From: an uncultured Gemmataceae bacterium
GTDB taxonomy: Bacteria; Planctomycetota; Planctomycetia; Gemmatales; Gemmataceae
Reading direction: 5' to 3'
Assembly (NCBI GenBank): GCA_963750165.1
Contig: CAVVPN010000003.1
Span: 352,001-416,000 of the forward strand
DNA length: 64,000 bases
Part shown: one piece after another, positions 32,228-43,953 of the stretch
How the letters are laid out: each line of letters starts with the position of its first letter
Numbering within the stretch: position 1 is the stretch's first letter
The notes under the pieces: model-generated
What the model saw: only the letters and a program-made list of their open reading frames with translations
Databases searched by the model: none
Told to the model about the DNA's origin: nothing
Position numbers and translations under genes: made by a program

Positions 32228-33650
32228 TCAAAACTCGAAGTGCGCCCGAATCGCGAAGACAGCAAGCGGGCCACGGTCCTGGTTGTAGCCGGGGTTCGCG
32301 ATCCCCTGTGCGTCGAACGTCACAAAGATGCCCTTTTGTACCCGCACGTTGTAGTACGCCTCCACCGTCATTTCCGGCGCATAGTTGAGCTTACCGTCGC
32401 CCAGCTCGAAGCCGAGGCCGCCCGCGGCCAGATAGGCGCGGTGCTGCGGGCCAAGGCCGTTGGCCATGAACGCCAGGCCAACCTCGTCTCGCGGCCGGTC
32501 CCAGCGCTTGCCCTTGAGCAACATGCCAATCGAGACAGTGCGCTCCACCTCGGTGAACGCCCACGTCTCGGCGTGGCCGTCCGCATAGCCCAGGCGGCCG
32601 AAGATGCCCAGTTCGTCCTTGAGCAACTCCTGGTCCCAGCTCAGACCGAAGCCGTAGCGCGCCCGGTACTGGCGCGTCAGGGTCACGTTTGGGTCCACGG
32701 GCATCTCCTGCAGGGCCTCGCGATAACTGCCCATGTGCGCGTTGTTGAGCCAGCCCAGCAGCCGAACCGTCCCGGGCAGGTCGTTCAGGATGGTGTGCCG
32801 ATGCTCCAGTTCCAGGGCCTGGCCGTGGGCCGCGCAGGAGGTGCGGGTCGAAGGCGGCCCCATTGGCCTCCGCCGGCTCGGTCCAGATGCCATAGCGCAC
32901 CGACCAGTCGAAGATGTTCGCCTCCACATCGCCGCCGTAGGTGTAGCCGCGAGTGTTGGCGGCGTAGTCCCAGGTGGGGTTGTACATCAGGCCCCAGTTC
33001 ATGAATTGCAGCCGCGGGTCGTGACTGTAGGTGTTGTCGTCGAAGTCGTCGATGGCCGGCATCTTGCCGATTTTGAAGGTGATGTTGTTCTTGTAGTGCG
33101 GCCCCTTGATCTGATTGGCGATGTCGGCCAGGGTCTCCCATTCGCCGCCCAACTCGATGGTCTGTTGCAGCATGAACCGGGCGAAATACGGTGTCGGCTG
33201 TGGGTTGCCGACACGCACGGCCTCACCATTGGGCGGGCCGCCCAGGCCGAACACGTTGCCGACGCCCAAGCCGCCGGCGACCTCCGGGTTGATGACCAGC
33301 AGGCCGCCTTGCCACGGCATTTTCGCCGCGAAAAACAGCGTCGAGGTGGCGGTGGTGCGCAGCTCGTGCGCCGACACGAAGCTGTGCGTTCCGGTGTACG
33401 GGGAGTTGAACGGGCCGTACCCTTGAATGACCACGGTTGCCTGGCCGTGGGCGCTGTACCACGTCTCGGGGGGGTTCTGTTCCATCTCGCCCGGCCCCGC
33501 GACCGGGATGTTGCCGCCGATCGACCTGCCGGCGCCGCCTTCTCCCGGGCCCTCCGAGCCTAACTCGACCGTCTGTGCGGACGCCGATGCCGCCGCCAGG
33601 AAGCCGAGCAGGAGCACGGACAGAGACCAGCGAACGGCGCGGCGTCTCAT
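32228..33650 (-). CDS. Carbohydrate-selective/MnoP-type outer-membrane porin (OprB family), frameshift near 32830
   Basis: HGQATV..QG...F.SPY.G, NPEVAGG, PNGEA, YSHDPR.QFMNW, YAANTRGYTYG, NPGYNQDRGP, C-terminal F. Confidence 0.85.
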
Positions 33651-33850
33651 CGTGGCTGGGCCCCGGGCGGAGGTCACGGCGGCGACCGATGGGCAGAAAC
33701 TACGGTACGCGGCCGATACCCCTCCGGAGCATGTGCGTCAAGGGCAATCCGCCTGCTGCAGCGGAGCAGCGGTTGCAACCGCTGTCATTTCTGCTATGCT
33801 CCCCCGCGCCTTGACCCGGGTTCCATCAGCGAGCGCAGGGAGAGCAGGCC

Positions 33851-34615
33851 ATGCACGGGCGTCCGCGTTGCAACGGGCTGTGGGTTCTGTTGGCGGTCGC
33901 GGCCGGTAGCGCGGGGCCGCTGGCGCTCCTGGCGGCGCAGCCCCCGCAAGCCCCGCAGCCCGCGCCACCCCCGCCGCAGGTGGGCTTCGTGCTCAGGGAC
34001 CGGCACGGCCACGCCACGCCGATGCAAACGCCCGCCGCGCACACCGGCGGCGGAGGCATCGATGTTGTCCAGCCCCGCGACAACACGCTCCTCCTCACCC
34101 TGACCGGCGTGGCCGTCGCCGGACCGCATCCCTTCCAGGCGTCCGCGGCGGCCATGGACTTCGACCTGAACCAGGCGTTCGCGATCATCTTTGCCGACCC
34201 GAAGGTCATGAAAGCCCGGCTCACGGCCGAGGCGCACCTCGTCGGCCTGTTGCGCGGCGACCGGTACGGCGGCAGCGCCAGTGCCGGCGACGGCACGGCG
34301 GTCGTCACCTGCGACGGCTGTCCGATCCTGGGGCTGGCGATCGAGGGGCACACGGTAGACGGCGACGCTAACCTGGCGGTGAACGACCACAAGGGCCCCG
34401 TCAGCGTTCCCGTGCTGCCAGGCGAGTATCACCTGTTGCAGACCTTCCGCATCCGCGCCGCCCACGACCAGAGCATCTGCGGCAAGGCCGCCGCGGCCGA
34501 GTTCGCCCCGGACCCGGCGTTGAACCCCACCTGGATCAGCGTCACCGACCCGTTCCGCGGCGTCAGCAAGAAGGAATTCGGCTTTCGCGTCACCCTCCGC
34601 GTCGTACCGGAGTGA
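33851..34615 (+). CDS. Hypothetical exported protein
   Basis: 254-aa ORF with signal-like N-terminus and Pro-rich linker; RBS GGAGAG. Confidence 0.7.
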   Translation: MHGRPRCNGLWVLLAVAAGSAGPLALLAAQPPQAPQPAPPPPQVGFVLRDRHGHATPMQTPAAHTGGGGIDVVQPRDNTLLLTLTGVAVAGPHPFQASAAAMDFDLNQAFAIIFADPKVMKARLTAEAHLVGLLRGDRYGGSASAGDGTAVVTCDGCPILGLAIEGHTVDGDANLAVNDHKGPVSVPVLPGEYHLLQTFRIRAAHDQSICGKAAAAEFAPDPALNPTWISVTDPFRGVSKKEFGFRVTLRVVPE

Positions 34616-34653
34616 AGCCCCGCGGGGGCCGCCTCTGAATAGCGGCGTGCCGG

Positions 34654-37600
34654 TCAGCCCTCCTTCTGCGGTTGCGGCTGATCACGCACCACCAGCGCGT
34701 ACAGCGCCGGCACCACCACCAGCGTCGTGACCAGGCCCGCCAGCAAACCGCCGATCACCGCCCGACCCAGGGGCGCATTTGCCTCGCTGCCGCGCTCCAG
34801 CGCCAGCGCCATCGGCACCAGCGCGAACAGCGCCGCCAGCGCCGTCATCACCACCGGCTTGGCCCGGATCGCTGCCGCCCTGCGGATCGCCTCCTCCGGC
34901 GTCAAATGCTCCCGCGCCCGCAGCCCCTGCGCGAAGTCCACCATCAGCACCGTGTTCGACACCACGATGCCCACCATGAAAATCACGCCCAGCAGCGACT
35001 GCACGTTCAGCGCCGTGCCCGTCAACAGCAGCAGCGGCAGCACCCCGACCAGGCCCACCGGCACCGCCGCCAAAATCACCAGCGGAATCAGGTACGAATC
35101 CAGCAGCACCACCATCAGGAAGTACACGAACACCACCGCCAGCGTCAGGCCGATGGCGAAGTTCTGAAACGTCTCCTGCATCCGGCCGTACTCGCCGGTC
35201 AGGTGGACCCGGGTCCCCTCCAGCGGCTTGCGCGTCGCCGGCGTCGGGGTCGTACGGCGCCCACGTCGAGTTCCCCTCCGATTCGCCGTACTCATTCAGG
35301 ATGCGCGACACGTCGTCGGCGACGTGGCCGAGGTCGCGGCCCTCCACGTTCATCGTCACGTCCACGGTCTTCTGCAAGTCGGTGTGCGTCACCTCCGCCG
35401 CCATCTCCGACGGCCGCAGCCGCACCACGTTGCTCAGCGGAATCGGCTCGTTCTGCACCGGGCTCGTGATCGAGACGTTCAGCAGCGTTTGCAGCGTCTT
35501 GATGTCCTTTTCCGGGTACTGCACGCCGACGTAATACTGGTTGTGCGTCTTCGGGTCGAACCAGAAGTTGTGCTTGTTGAACTGGATGCTCGACTTGATA
35601 GCGGCGACCACGTTCTGCATCACCTCCTTCTGCGTCAGCCCCAGCTTCCGTGCCATCGCTCGATTCACATCGATGACGTAAGAGGGATAGTTGAGCCGCT
35701 GCATGACGCGGGCGTCCACCACACCGTCCACCTTGCTGACCGCCTGCCGTAGCCGCTCCGCCACCGCGTGCGCCTTGCGTAGATCCTTACCGGTGACGCG
35801 CACGTTCACCGGCGTCACCGCGCCCTCGTTCAGGGCGCTGCGGATGGTGCCGCCAGTGTTGAACGCCACCTCCAGCCCCGTGAAGCGGGCGTCGTGCTGC
35901 ATGGCGTCGCGCAGCCGTCGGGCGTACGTCTGCGACGAGTGGCGGCGGTCCGGCTTCAACTGCACGTTGACCACCGCGTCCATCGGGCCGGCGTTCGGCG
36001 TGTACGCCGCCGACCAGTCCGCCCACACACCCATGTCGCTAATAACCAGCTCCAGGTCGTCGCCGGCCGTCTCGCGGATCAGGTCCTCGACCTGGGCGAC
36101 GCGCTGTTCCGTCGCCGTCAGGCGCGTGCCCGTGTCGGCGCGGACGTAGATGACGAAGGCGCCCGAGTCGGTCTCGGGGAAAAACTCTCGGCGGAGGATC
36201 GGGATCGTCACCACCACCACCGCGACCAGTAGCGCGGCCGCCCCGAGCACGACCGCCAGGCGGTGCCGCAGTGCCACCTCGAGCAGGCGCTGATACCCGT
36301 TCAGCCCCGCGTTGATACCGGCCTGAATCTTGCCGGCGATGCGCCCCACCAGGCCGGGTTTGGCGTGTTCGTCCTTCCTGTGCGGCTTCAGCCAGTTGGC
36401 GGCCCGGCTCGGCACGAAGGTCATCGACAGCAGGAACGCTGCGATCATCGCCAGCGCCACCGTCAGCGCCAGCGGCATGAACAGGAACTGGCCGCTGCCC
36501 GGCATCAGCGCCAGCGGCGCCAGCACCAGCAGCGTGCTGCCGGTGGCCACCAGTTCGGGCAACACCACCTCGCCGGCGCCCTGTTTCGCGGCCTCGCGCG
36601 GCTCGGCCCCCTCGCTCAGGTGGCGGTGCGTGTTCTCCAGCACGACGATGGCAGTGTCCACCAGCGGCCCGATCGCCAGGGCCAGGCCGGCCAGCGTCAT
36701 CACGTTGACCGTCTGGTTGCTCGCGTTCAGGCCGACCAGCGCCGTCAGCACCGCCAGCGGGATCAGCAGCGCGGCGATCAGCGTCATGCGCCACTCGCCC
36801 AGGAACACCAGGATCACCAGCGAACACAGCACCGCGCCCAGCACGCCCTCGGTCGCCAGACTTTTGATCGACTGCCGGACGTATACCGACTGGTCCATCA
36901 TCATCTTCAGCTTCACGTCCCCCCGCGACAGCTTCGACTGAATGCCCGGCAGCGCCTGCTTGAGGTGATCGACCACCTGCAGCGTGCTGGAGCCGTGCTG
37001 GCGGTAGACGGGAATGTAGACCGCGCGGCGGCCGTCGATGCGGACGGCGCTGGTCTGGATCAGGTGCGTGTCCTTCACCGTGCCCACGTCGCCGAGGAAG
37101 TCCACGCTGCCCGGCCGGACGCGCAGCGGGATGTCTACCATGTGCCCGGGCTTGATGTACATCGAGTTCGAGTCAATGTTGTAGTCCATGCCGCCGATGT
37201 TGGCGTCGCCGGTCGGCAGGAACAGGTGGTACTCCTCGATGGCCGTGAGCACCTCGCGCAGCGACAGCCGGCGGGACTCCATTTTGATGGGATCGATCTC
37301 GGCCAGGATCGCCCGGATTTTGCCGCCGTAGACCACCGGGGCGTTGGCGCCGGGCGAACTCATGATGTAGTTGCGGACCTCGTAGCGGCCGACGTCGTAC
37401 AGGGCGACCTCGTTGGCGGTCTGGCTGTCCACGGCCACGACGCAGACGGGCACGGTGCCGGTCGGGTCGTAGGGCAGCACCACCGGTGGCAGGGTGCCCG
37501 GCGGCAGGTTGGGAATCTCGCCCAGGGCCAGCGAGTTGATCTGCGTCAGAGCGCCGTTGGGGTCCTGGTCGGCGCGGAAGTAGTTGCGGACGATGCTGAC

Positions 37601-37864
37601 GCCGACGATCGAGCGCGACTCCTGGCGGCGCATGCCGGCGGCCTGGCCGGTCATGCGCTCCATCGGGTTGGTCACGGTGCCGGCGACATTCTCGGCGGGC
37701 ATGCCCGAGTAGAACGTCAGCACCTGTACCGCCGGGTTGTTGTACACCGGCAGGATGTCCATCGGCACGCGGGTCAGCGTCAGCACGCCCAGCACGACGA
37801 TGCTCAGCATCGCCACCGTCACCGCGCGCGAGTTGTTCAGGGCCAGTTCGATCAGGTTGCGCAT
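34654..37864 (-). CDS. RND efflux transporter permease (AcrB/CzcA family), frameshift near 35235
   Basis: MDILP, EGVLGAVLC, NVMTLAGLALAIG.LVD.AIV.LEN, FFP..D.G; C-terminal ORF has GIVVSN..LMVD, R..PVVMT, PLGRAVIGGL. Confidence 0.93.
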
Positions 37865-37892
37865 GACTCTGCCCTCACCAAAGCTGGCCGCG

Positions 37893-39233
37893 TTACCGGG
37901 CGGCGTTCGTGACCGTGACCGCGACACCGTCGATCAGGCCGGAGCCGTGGTTTTCAATCACGCGGTCGTCGGGCCGCAGGCCGGACGCGATCTCGGCATG
38001 CACGCCGTTGTCCTGGACGACCTGGACCGCAACGCGGTGGGCCTTGCCGTCCTTGACCACGTACACAAATCGATGGCCGTCCTTCTCCGCCCCCTGCAGG
38101 CAGTCCGAGGGGATGGTCAGGTGCTTCGGGTCGGCGCCGAGACGGATGGTGACGCTGCCAAACATGCCGTTTTTCAGCTCGCCCGTCGGGTTGGGCAGGT
38201 CGATCTCGGTGCGCATGGTGCGGGAGCTATAATCCTCGGACACGGCGGTGCGGGCAACTTTGCCGTGGAACGTCTCGCCTGGCAATGAGGTGATGGTGAT
38301 GTCCGCCTGCTGCCCGTCGTGGGTGAGGGGCACGTCGGGGTCGGGGACGTAGACGATGACGCGCATCGTGTCGGTGCGGGCGACGGTCAGGATGGGCTGA
38401 CCGGCGCCGCCCTCGCGGATGTAGTCGCCCTCGTGGAAGTAACGGCGCGTGACGACGCCGGTAAAGGGGGCGAGAATCCTGGTGTAGGACTCGAACACCT
38501 GGGCGCGGACCAGGGCGGCGTTGGCCACCTCAACCTGGGCTCTGGCGTCCGCGACATCGGCGGTGGCGGCAGTGACGTGGGCCTCGGCGGCGGCGACGGC
38601 GGACTTGGCGGTCTCCACCGCCTTGCGCTTGGCGCGCTCGGTAGCCTCGGCCGCCAGCTTCGCTTCCTGCCTCTCGTCAACCAACTCCTGCTCGATGGCC
38701 TGCCGCCGGGCCAGGGCGTAGTAGCGCCGGTACTGCTCACCGCGGAGCTTGGTCATGGCCACGGCGCTTTCCACGTCCGCCTGGGCCTGTTCGACCTTGA
38801 CCCTGGCCTCCTTCAAGTCCGCCTGGGAGGACTTCAGGCGCGCCTGCATCACCCCAACCTGGGCCTCGGCCTTGGCGACGTCGGCCTTGGCCTGCCGCAC
38901 GGCGGCGGCGTATTCCGGAGCGTAAACGTCCACCAGCACCTCGTCTGCCGTGATCGGTGAGCCGATGTCCACTTTCTGATGGCGCAGAAAGCCAGACACC
39001 TTGGCGTACAGGTCCGCGTACTGAAAGGCGTGGATGGCGCCGGGCCGCGTCACCGTTCGTTCCATACCGCCAGTCTGCGGGTTGATGACGCGGACGCGGA
39101 TGGACTGCTGCTTCACAGGATCGGGTGTGGAACTGTCCTGGGCGGTGGTAAATCTGTGGCCGATGAACAAGACTGCTCCGAGCAGGGGGACTGTCAGGAT
39201 ACTGATGCCGACCGCCTTGCCGCGACTCATCAT
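37893..39233 (-). CDS. RND periplasmic adaptor (membrane fusion protein)
   Basis: LYAKVSGF, helical hairpin, I.APFTGVV, SRTMRTEIDLPN..G.L..GM. Confidence 0.93.
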   Translation of the reverse strand: MMSRGKAVGISILTVPLLGAVLFIGHRFTTAQDSSTPDPVKQQSIRVRVINPQTGGMERTVTRPGAIHAFQYADLYAKVSGFLRHQKVDIGSPITADEVLVDVYAPEYAAAVRQAKADVAKAEAQVGVMQARLKSSQADLKEARVKVEQAQADVESAVAMTKLRGEQYRRYYALARRQAIEQELVDERQEAKLAAEATERAKRKAVETAKSAVAAAEAHVTAATADVADARAQVEVANAALVRAQVFESYTRILAPFTGVVTRRYFHEGDYIREGGAGQPILTVARTDTMRVIVYVPDPDVPLTHDGQQADITITSLPGETFHGKVARTAVSEDYSSRTMRTEIDLPNPTGELKNGMFGSVTIRLGADPKHLTIPSDCLQGAEKDGHRFVYVVKDGKAHRVAVQVVQDNGVHAEIASGLRPDDRVIENHGSGLIDGVAVTVTNAAR

Positions 39234-39274
39234 GCGTCTCCTTTCCAAACCAGGGGGGTCCCAATGGAACACCA

Positions 39275-39290
39275 TGCAAATGCAATACCG
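39275..39290 (-). promoter_or_regulatory. Candidate sigma54 promoter of the MFP-RND operon
   Basis: Minus strand CGGTAT-TGCAT-TTGCA (GG-N10-GC), about 42 nt before the MFP start. Confidence 0.55.
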
Positions 39291-39331
39291 AGCCGGGCCG
39301 CAGCAGCACGCGGCGCCCGCGCGAGCTACGC

Positions 39332-39626
39332 GCGGTTCGCAGTTGCGTGGACCACGAACGGTAGGCCGGCGCTGCCAGGCGCCGATTCTCGACGTGTGAA
39401 AAAGTTGGCGTTCTTGGCGTTCTTGGTGTTCTTGCTGTGGCAACCGCCGCCGATGGTTGTTGAGTCGTGCCACCTGCACGGGGCCAGGGCGCCGCATCTC
39501 GACGTATGAAAAAGCTGGCCCCCTTGGCCCCCTTGGCCTCCTTGGCCCCCTTGCTGTGGCAGAGCAGGCCGCTGGTGGTCAGCCCGTGCCCGCCCACTCG
39601 TGTGCAAACCGTGCGTGAACCGCTCT
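39332..39626. mobile_element. About 295-bp MITE-like dispersed repeat with internal 9-mer tandem arrays (copy 1)
   Basis: Inverted homolog of 57307-57601; ends GCGGTTCGC...GTGAACCGCTCT. Confidence 0.85.
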
Positions 39627-39648
39627 TGCATGGCCACAGATTTGGTTC

Positions 39649-39888
39649 GAGTGGTTAGCCCCTCCCCGGTGCGAGATGCCCTATGCCCGCAGTTGCGTCC
39701 CGCTCCCGGGTTGGCCCACTGCCTGGCCGCCCTGTGTGTCTCCAGCACTCCCGTCTGGTCGAGCAGGGCGGCCAGGCAGTGGCACACTCTTGCAGATTGC
39801 GAATGGGTGTAGCGGAAGTCGCCAGACTTCCGAGCAGCACCGGACGGAAGTCTGGCGACTTCCGCTACACCCAACTGCGAACCGCTCT
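39649..39888. mobile_element. Second MITE-like shell containing a hairpin and REP family A
   Basis: Ends GAGTGGTTAGC...GCGAACCGCTCT; internal CCACTGCCTGGCCGCCCTG/CAGGGCGGCCAGGCAGTGG and the REP-A doublet 39809-39868. Confidence 0.6.
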
Positions 39889-40002
39889 CACTCTTCCTCT
39901 ACCCACTCCCAAAGCCACCTCCCTCGCGGCGCCGTCGCTTGCTGTCGCGGCGGCATTCTATACGATGTCTGGATAATTTCCACCCACCCAGGAGCCCGAC
40001 TC

Positions 40003-41373
40003 ATGGCGGCCGCACCGACCTATCAGAAGCTCACCCCCGCAACCCAGGGCTCCCGCGTCACCGTCGATGCCCAGGGCAAATGGCACATCCCGGACGACCC
40101 CATCGTCTGCCTGCTGCGCGGCGACGGCATCGGCCGCGACGTGGGCCAAAATCCCGGCATCACCACCTGCGCCGTCAAGGTGCTCGACGCCGCGGTCGCG
40201 AAGGCTTACGGCGGCAAGCGCAAGCTCCACTGGTTCGACGTTCACGCCGGCGACGTGGCCCGCGCGCTGTATTATCCGCAGGTCAAGGACGAGCAGGTCA
40301 ACACGCTCAGCGAGGATGAGCAGCGGCAGCTCTACCTGCCGGACGACACGCTGCGGGCGTTCGAGTATTATGGCCTCGGCCTCAAGGGGCCGCTGACGAC
40401 GCCAATCGGCGGCGGCTTCCGCAGCATCAACGTCTTTTTACGCATTCGCTTCGACCTGTACGCCTGCGTGCGGCCGGTGCGCTACTTCAAGGGCGTTGAG
40501 GCTCCGAACAAGAACGCCGACAAGGTCAACATGGTGATCTTCCGCGAGAACACCGAGGACGTGTACTGCGGTGTCGAGTTCAAGAGCGGCAGCGACCGGG
40601 CAAAAAAGATCCTGAAACTGCTCAACGAGGAGATGGGTTACAAGCTGCTGCCGTCGTCGGGCATCGGCATCAAGCCGATCAGCCCGGAGGGCAGCAAACG
40701 GCTCATCCGCATGGCCATTCGCTACGCCATCGACAAGAAACTGCCCAGCGTCACGCTGATGCACAAGGGCAACATCATGAAGTTCACCGAGGGCGCCTTC
40801 AAGGACTGGGGTTACGAGGTCGCGGTTCAGGAGTTTCGCGACCAGGTCATCACCGAGAAGGAGAAGGACGACAAGGTCCTGGACCCGAAAGGGCGGGTGC
40901 TGATTAATGACCGCATCGCCGACAGCATGTTCCAGCAGATTCAGCTGCGGCCCAACGAGTACAGCGTGATCGCGACGCCGAACCTGAACGGCGATTATCT
41001 GTCGGACGCGGCGGCAGCGTTGACGGGCGGCATTGGCCTGGCGGCGGGCGCCAACATCGGCGACCGGGCAGCGATGTTCGAGGCGACGCACGGCACCGCC
41101 CCGAAGTACACGGGCAAGAACCTGGCCAACCCCAGTGCGGTGATGCTCTCGGGCGTGCTCATGCTGGAGCACCTCGGCTGGGACGAGGCCGCCCAGCTGG
41201 TGAACGACGCCCTGGAAGCAACCCTGGTCGAGAGCGAGGAGACCGCGAAGAAGGGCCCCGGCGGCAAGCTGTATGTGACCTACGACATTGCGCGGCAGTT
41301 CGCCGGCTACGGCGCCGAGGCGGGCGCCAGCAGTTCGGCGTTTGCAGATCGGATTGTGCAGCACATGAAATAG
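40003..41373 (+). CDS. icd: Isocitrate dehydrogenase, NADP-dependent
   Basis: GDGIG, KGPLTTPIGGGFRS.NV, FRENTED, HKGNIMKFTEG, NLNGDY.SD, EATHGTAPKY (KY is the NADP determinant). Confidence 0.96.
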   Translation: MAAAPTYQKLTPATQGSRVTVDAQGKWHIPDDPIVCLLRGDGIGRDVGQNPGITTCAVKVLDAAVAKAYGGKRKLHWFDVHAGDVARALYYPQVKDEQVNTLSEDEQRQLYLPDDTLRAFEYYGLGLKGPLTTPIGGGFRSINVFLRIRFDLYACVRPVRYFKGVEAPNKNADKVNMVIFRENTEDVYCGVEFKSGSDRAKKILKLLNEEMGYKLLPSSGIGIKPISPEGSKRLIRMAIRYAIDKKLPSVTLMHKGNIMKFTEGAFKDWGYEVAVQEFRDQVITEKEKDDKVLDPKGRVLINDRIADSMFQQIQLRPNEYSVIATPNLNGDYLSDAAAALTGGIGLAAGANIGDRAAMFEATHGTAPKYTGKNLANPSAVMLSGVLMLEHLGWDEAAQLVNDALEATLVESEETAKKGPGGKLYVTYDIARQFAGYGAEAGASSSAFADRIVQHMK

Positions 41374-41412
41374 CTGGTCAGAGTCTGCCCCGCGCTGGCG
41401 CTCTGACCGCGC

Positions 41413-43806
41413 CTACGGCGTCAGCCGTTCGAGCACATGGTTGAGGAAGGTCAGCCAGTTGGGCTTGTCGCCTTCGGGCCGGAACGGGTCGAACTCGCGC
41501 TCAGGAATGGTCGGCAGGTAGGCGATGGCCGCGGTCACGGCCGTGCGCAGCACTTCCCGTGCGCGCTGCTTCAGCACCTCTTCCGGGATCACGTTGTAAC
41601 AACTCCACAGCCGCTGGCAGGCGAGCAGGCCCTCGATGTGGTTCTGGTAGCGCCGGGCCAACTCCTCATAGCGCCGCAACACCTCGCCGTAGGAGTTGCC
41701 CAGGTCGAACAGGCAGTCCGCGGCCACGAACAGCGCCTTGCGCTGCAGGGCCTCCTCCGAGGTCGTCAGCGGCCCCGCGTGCGCCCGCACGTCCAGATCG
41801 AACTCCAGCTTCTGATAAACCTCGAGCGCCTCCGCCAGCCGGTCGCGCTGCATGGACAGGTAGTACGCCTGCTTGGGGCTGGCGTGGTCGGCCTTGGCGT
41901 CGCGCAGGTGCTGGTCGGCCAGCTTGCGGTAACAGTCGCCGAGCTGATCGCGCAGCAGCAGTTGCTGTGGACAGTTGGGGTAGTGGCGGATGACCTCCTT
42001 GACCCGTACCGCCGCCTTGGCGTAGTCGCCCTGCTTGAAGTGGATGTCGGCGAGCATCACCAGCGACTGCGACTCCCCCCGGCCGGCCGCGCAGGCGCAG
42101 ATCCTCGCCCAGAATCTTCGCGGCCTTGTCGAGGTTCCCCCGGGCAACCTCCCACTGGGCCAGCTGCTGCCGGGCCTGCGAGGCGAACGGGGTGTCCTTG
42201 TACCGGTCATCAATGCACTTGCGATACGACTCCCGCGCCGTGTCCTTTTCGCCCAGCGCTTGCTGTGCCCTGGCCAGGCCGAACCACGCCGCCGCCTGGC
42301 CCGGCGCCGGCACGTCGTCGCGCGTCAGCCGCTTGTACAGCGCCACCGCCGCCGCGTAGTCCTGGGCCTGCACCAGACAGTCGGCACTGCGCCAGCCGCT
42401 GCAAATGGTCGCTCTGGCCCAGCGCCTGCGCCGATGCCTCGTACGCCTGGGCCGCCTTGCGGAACTGCTCCCGCGCCTTGCCCAGCAGCGCCGCCACCTC
42501 GGCCGGCTTGGCGGTGGTGCGGGCCTTGTCGCGCAGATACTTGCCGAGTTCCTCCGCTGCCTGGGCCTGACGCTCCTCGGCGACGCCGGTGGCGGCAATC
42601 TTGCGGTACGCCTGGGCCAGCAGTTGCAGGCTCAGGAAGTGGTGCCGCTGGCGGTAGACGGCGCAGCCGTGCTCGAACAGCTCGCGGGCAGCGTCCAGGC
42701 CGATCAGCGAGTTGCTGTACGTGGTCGTGACGTTCTCCAGAGCGAACTGAAAGTGTGGCAGGGCCGCCTCCGGATGGCTGCCGCCGAGCAGCGAATCGGC
42801 CAGCCGCAGTGCCGCCGCCTGGGCCTCCTCACCGCCGCAGCGCGTCGCCTCCTCGAACGCCTCACGGGCCTTCGCGGTTTGCGGCGGGTCGTCCAGCTCC
42901 AGGCAGGAGCCGAGCATGTACAGGACGCGACCGCGGCCGCCCAGCACCACCACCGGCTCCGCAAGCAGTTCGCGCCAGAGCAGAGCGGCCCGACTGTACA
43001 GGCCGTCCTCCTGACAGCAGCGCGCCTGCAGCGCCCTGGCCTGCCACTGCAACTCCGACGGCGCCCGCCGACTGATACCGTCGAGCACCTTGAGCGCCTC
43101 GGCGCGCTGGCCCTTCTCCAGCAGCAGTTCGCCGCGCTTCACCTTGGCCCGCGCCACGATGGCGTCGTCGTCGCACACGTCGATCAGTTTCTGGTTGACG
43201 CGCAGGGCCGCGTCCACGTCGCGGCCGGGCAGCTTCAGATACGCCTCGACCAGCAGGCCATAACCCTCGGCGGCGTCCTCGCCACTCAGGGGGCTGCCGC
43301 GGTTCATGTAGTCGATGGCGGCCTGCAAACTGCCGCCGCTCAGGTACAGCACGCGGCCCAGGCGGTAGCACAAACGGCCGCGGTCCTGGGCCGGCACGCC
43401 ACGGGCCTCCGCCTGTTCCAGGTGCGCCTGCGCCCGGCGCGGAGGTCGCGGGCGTGGTCGGCGGGGCCGAGGTCCGCCTGGCGCATGTAAGCGGTGCCGA
43501 CCAGGAAGTGGATCTCGCCGGCGGCGCGCGGATGCCGTTGCGAGCGTGCCAGCAGATCCTCGGCCAGCGGCAGCAGACGTTCGAGGTCGGGGGGGGCCTG
43601 GGCCAGACCACGGCGTAGCGTGGCGAGATCGCGCTCGACCTCCTGGGAGCCGGAGCTGTGGCTGAACGGCGTCAGCAGCGCCACGACGACGAGGGCAATG
43701 ACGCCGGCGAAGAAGGTCGGCACCTGCCACAGCTGGCCGGGCGCGGGGCAGCGCGGCCGCCGAGGTCTTCCAGCACCGTCCTGCGAGGAGCTGCATTCGT
43801 GCTCAT
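41413..43806 (-). CDS. Large membrane-anchored tetratricopeptide-repeat protein, about 4 frameshifts (near 43745, 43435, 42390, 42075)
   Basis: Successive frames give a TM segment (GQLWQVPTFFAGVIALVVVALL) and TPR-like helices (YRLGRVLY, YMLGSCL, WFGLARAQQALG, LADIHFKQGDY, LGDCYRKLA). Confidence 0.75.
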
Positions 43807-43953
43807 GTTCGCTAGCCCACCGAGCCGCTTCAGGTTTCGCGGTTTCCGCCCTGCAATGGCGCCACCTTCGGGGTGGAGTTTGTGACAGAATCGTGGGTGG
43901 CTGTCAAGAGGGGTTTTTCGCGCCAAGCCGCAAGCGGCAGAAGCAAGATGGGC

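Noticed and set aside
39780..39794. TGGCACACTCTTGCA as a sigma54 promoter for icd
   Set aside because: GG-GC spacing is 9, not 10, and it lies inside a repeat.
39332..39888. Possible CRISPR array or mini-array
   Set aside because: Only two internal sub-repeats containing 9-mer tandems, no series of unique equal-length spacers, no cas genes, and the whole unit is duplicated elsewhere.
41413..43806. Programmed ribosomal frameshifting or a true pseudogene in the TPR gene
   Set aside because: No slippery heptamers, and similar indels occur throughout the window, so assembly error is more parsimonious.
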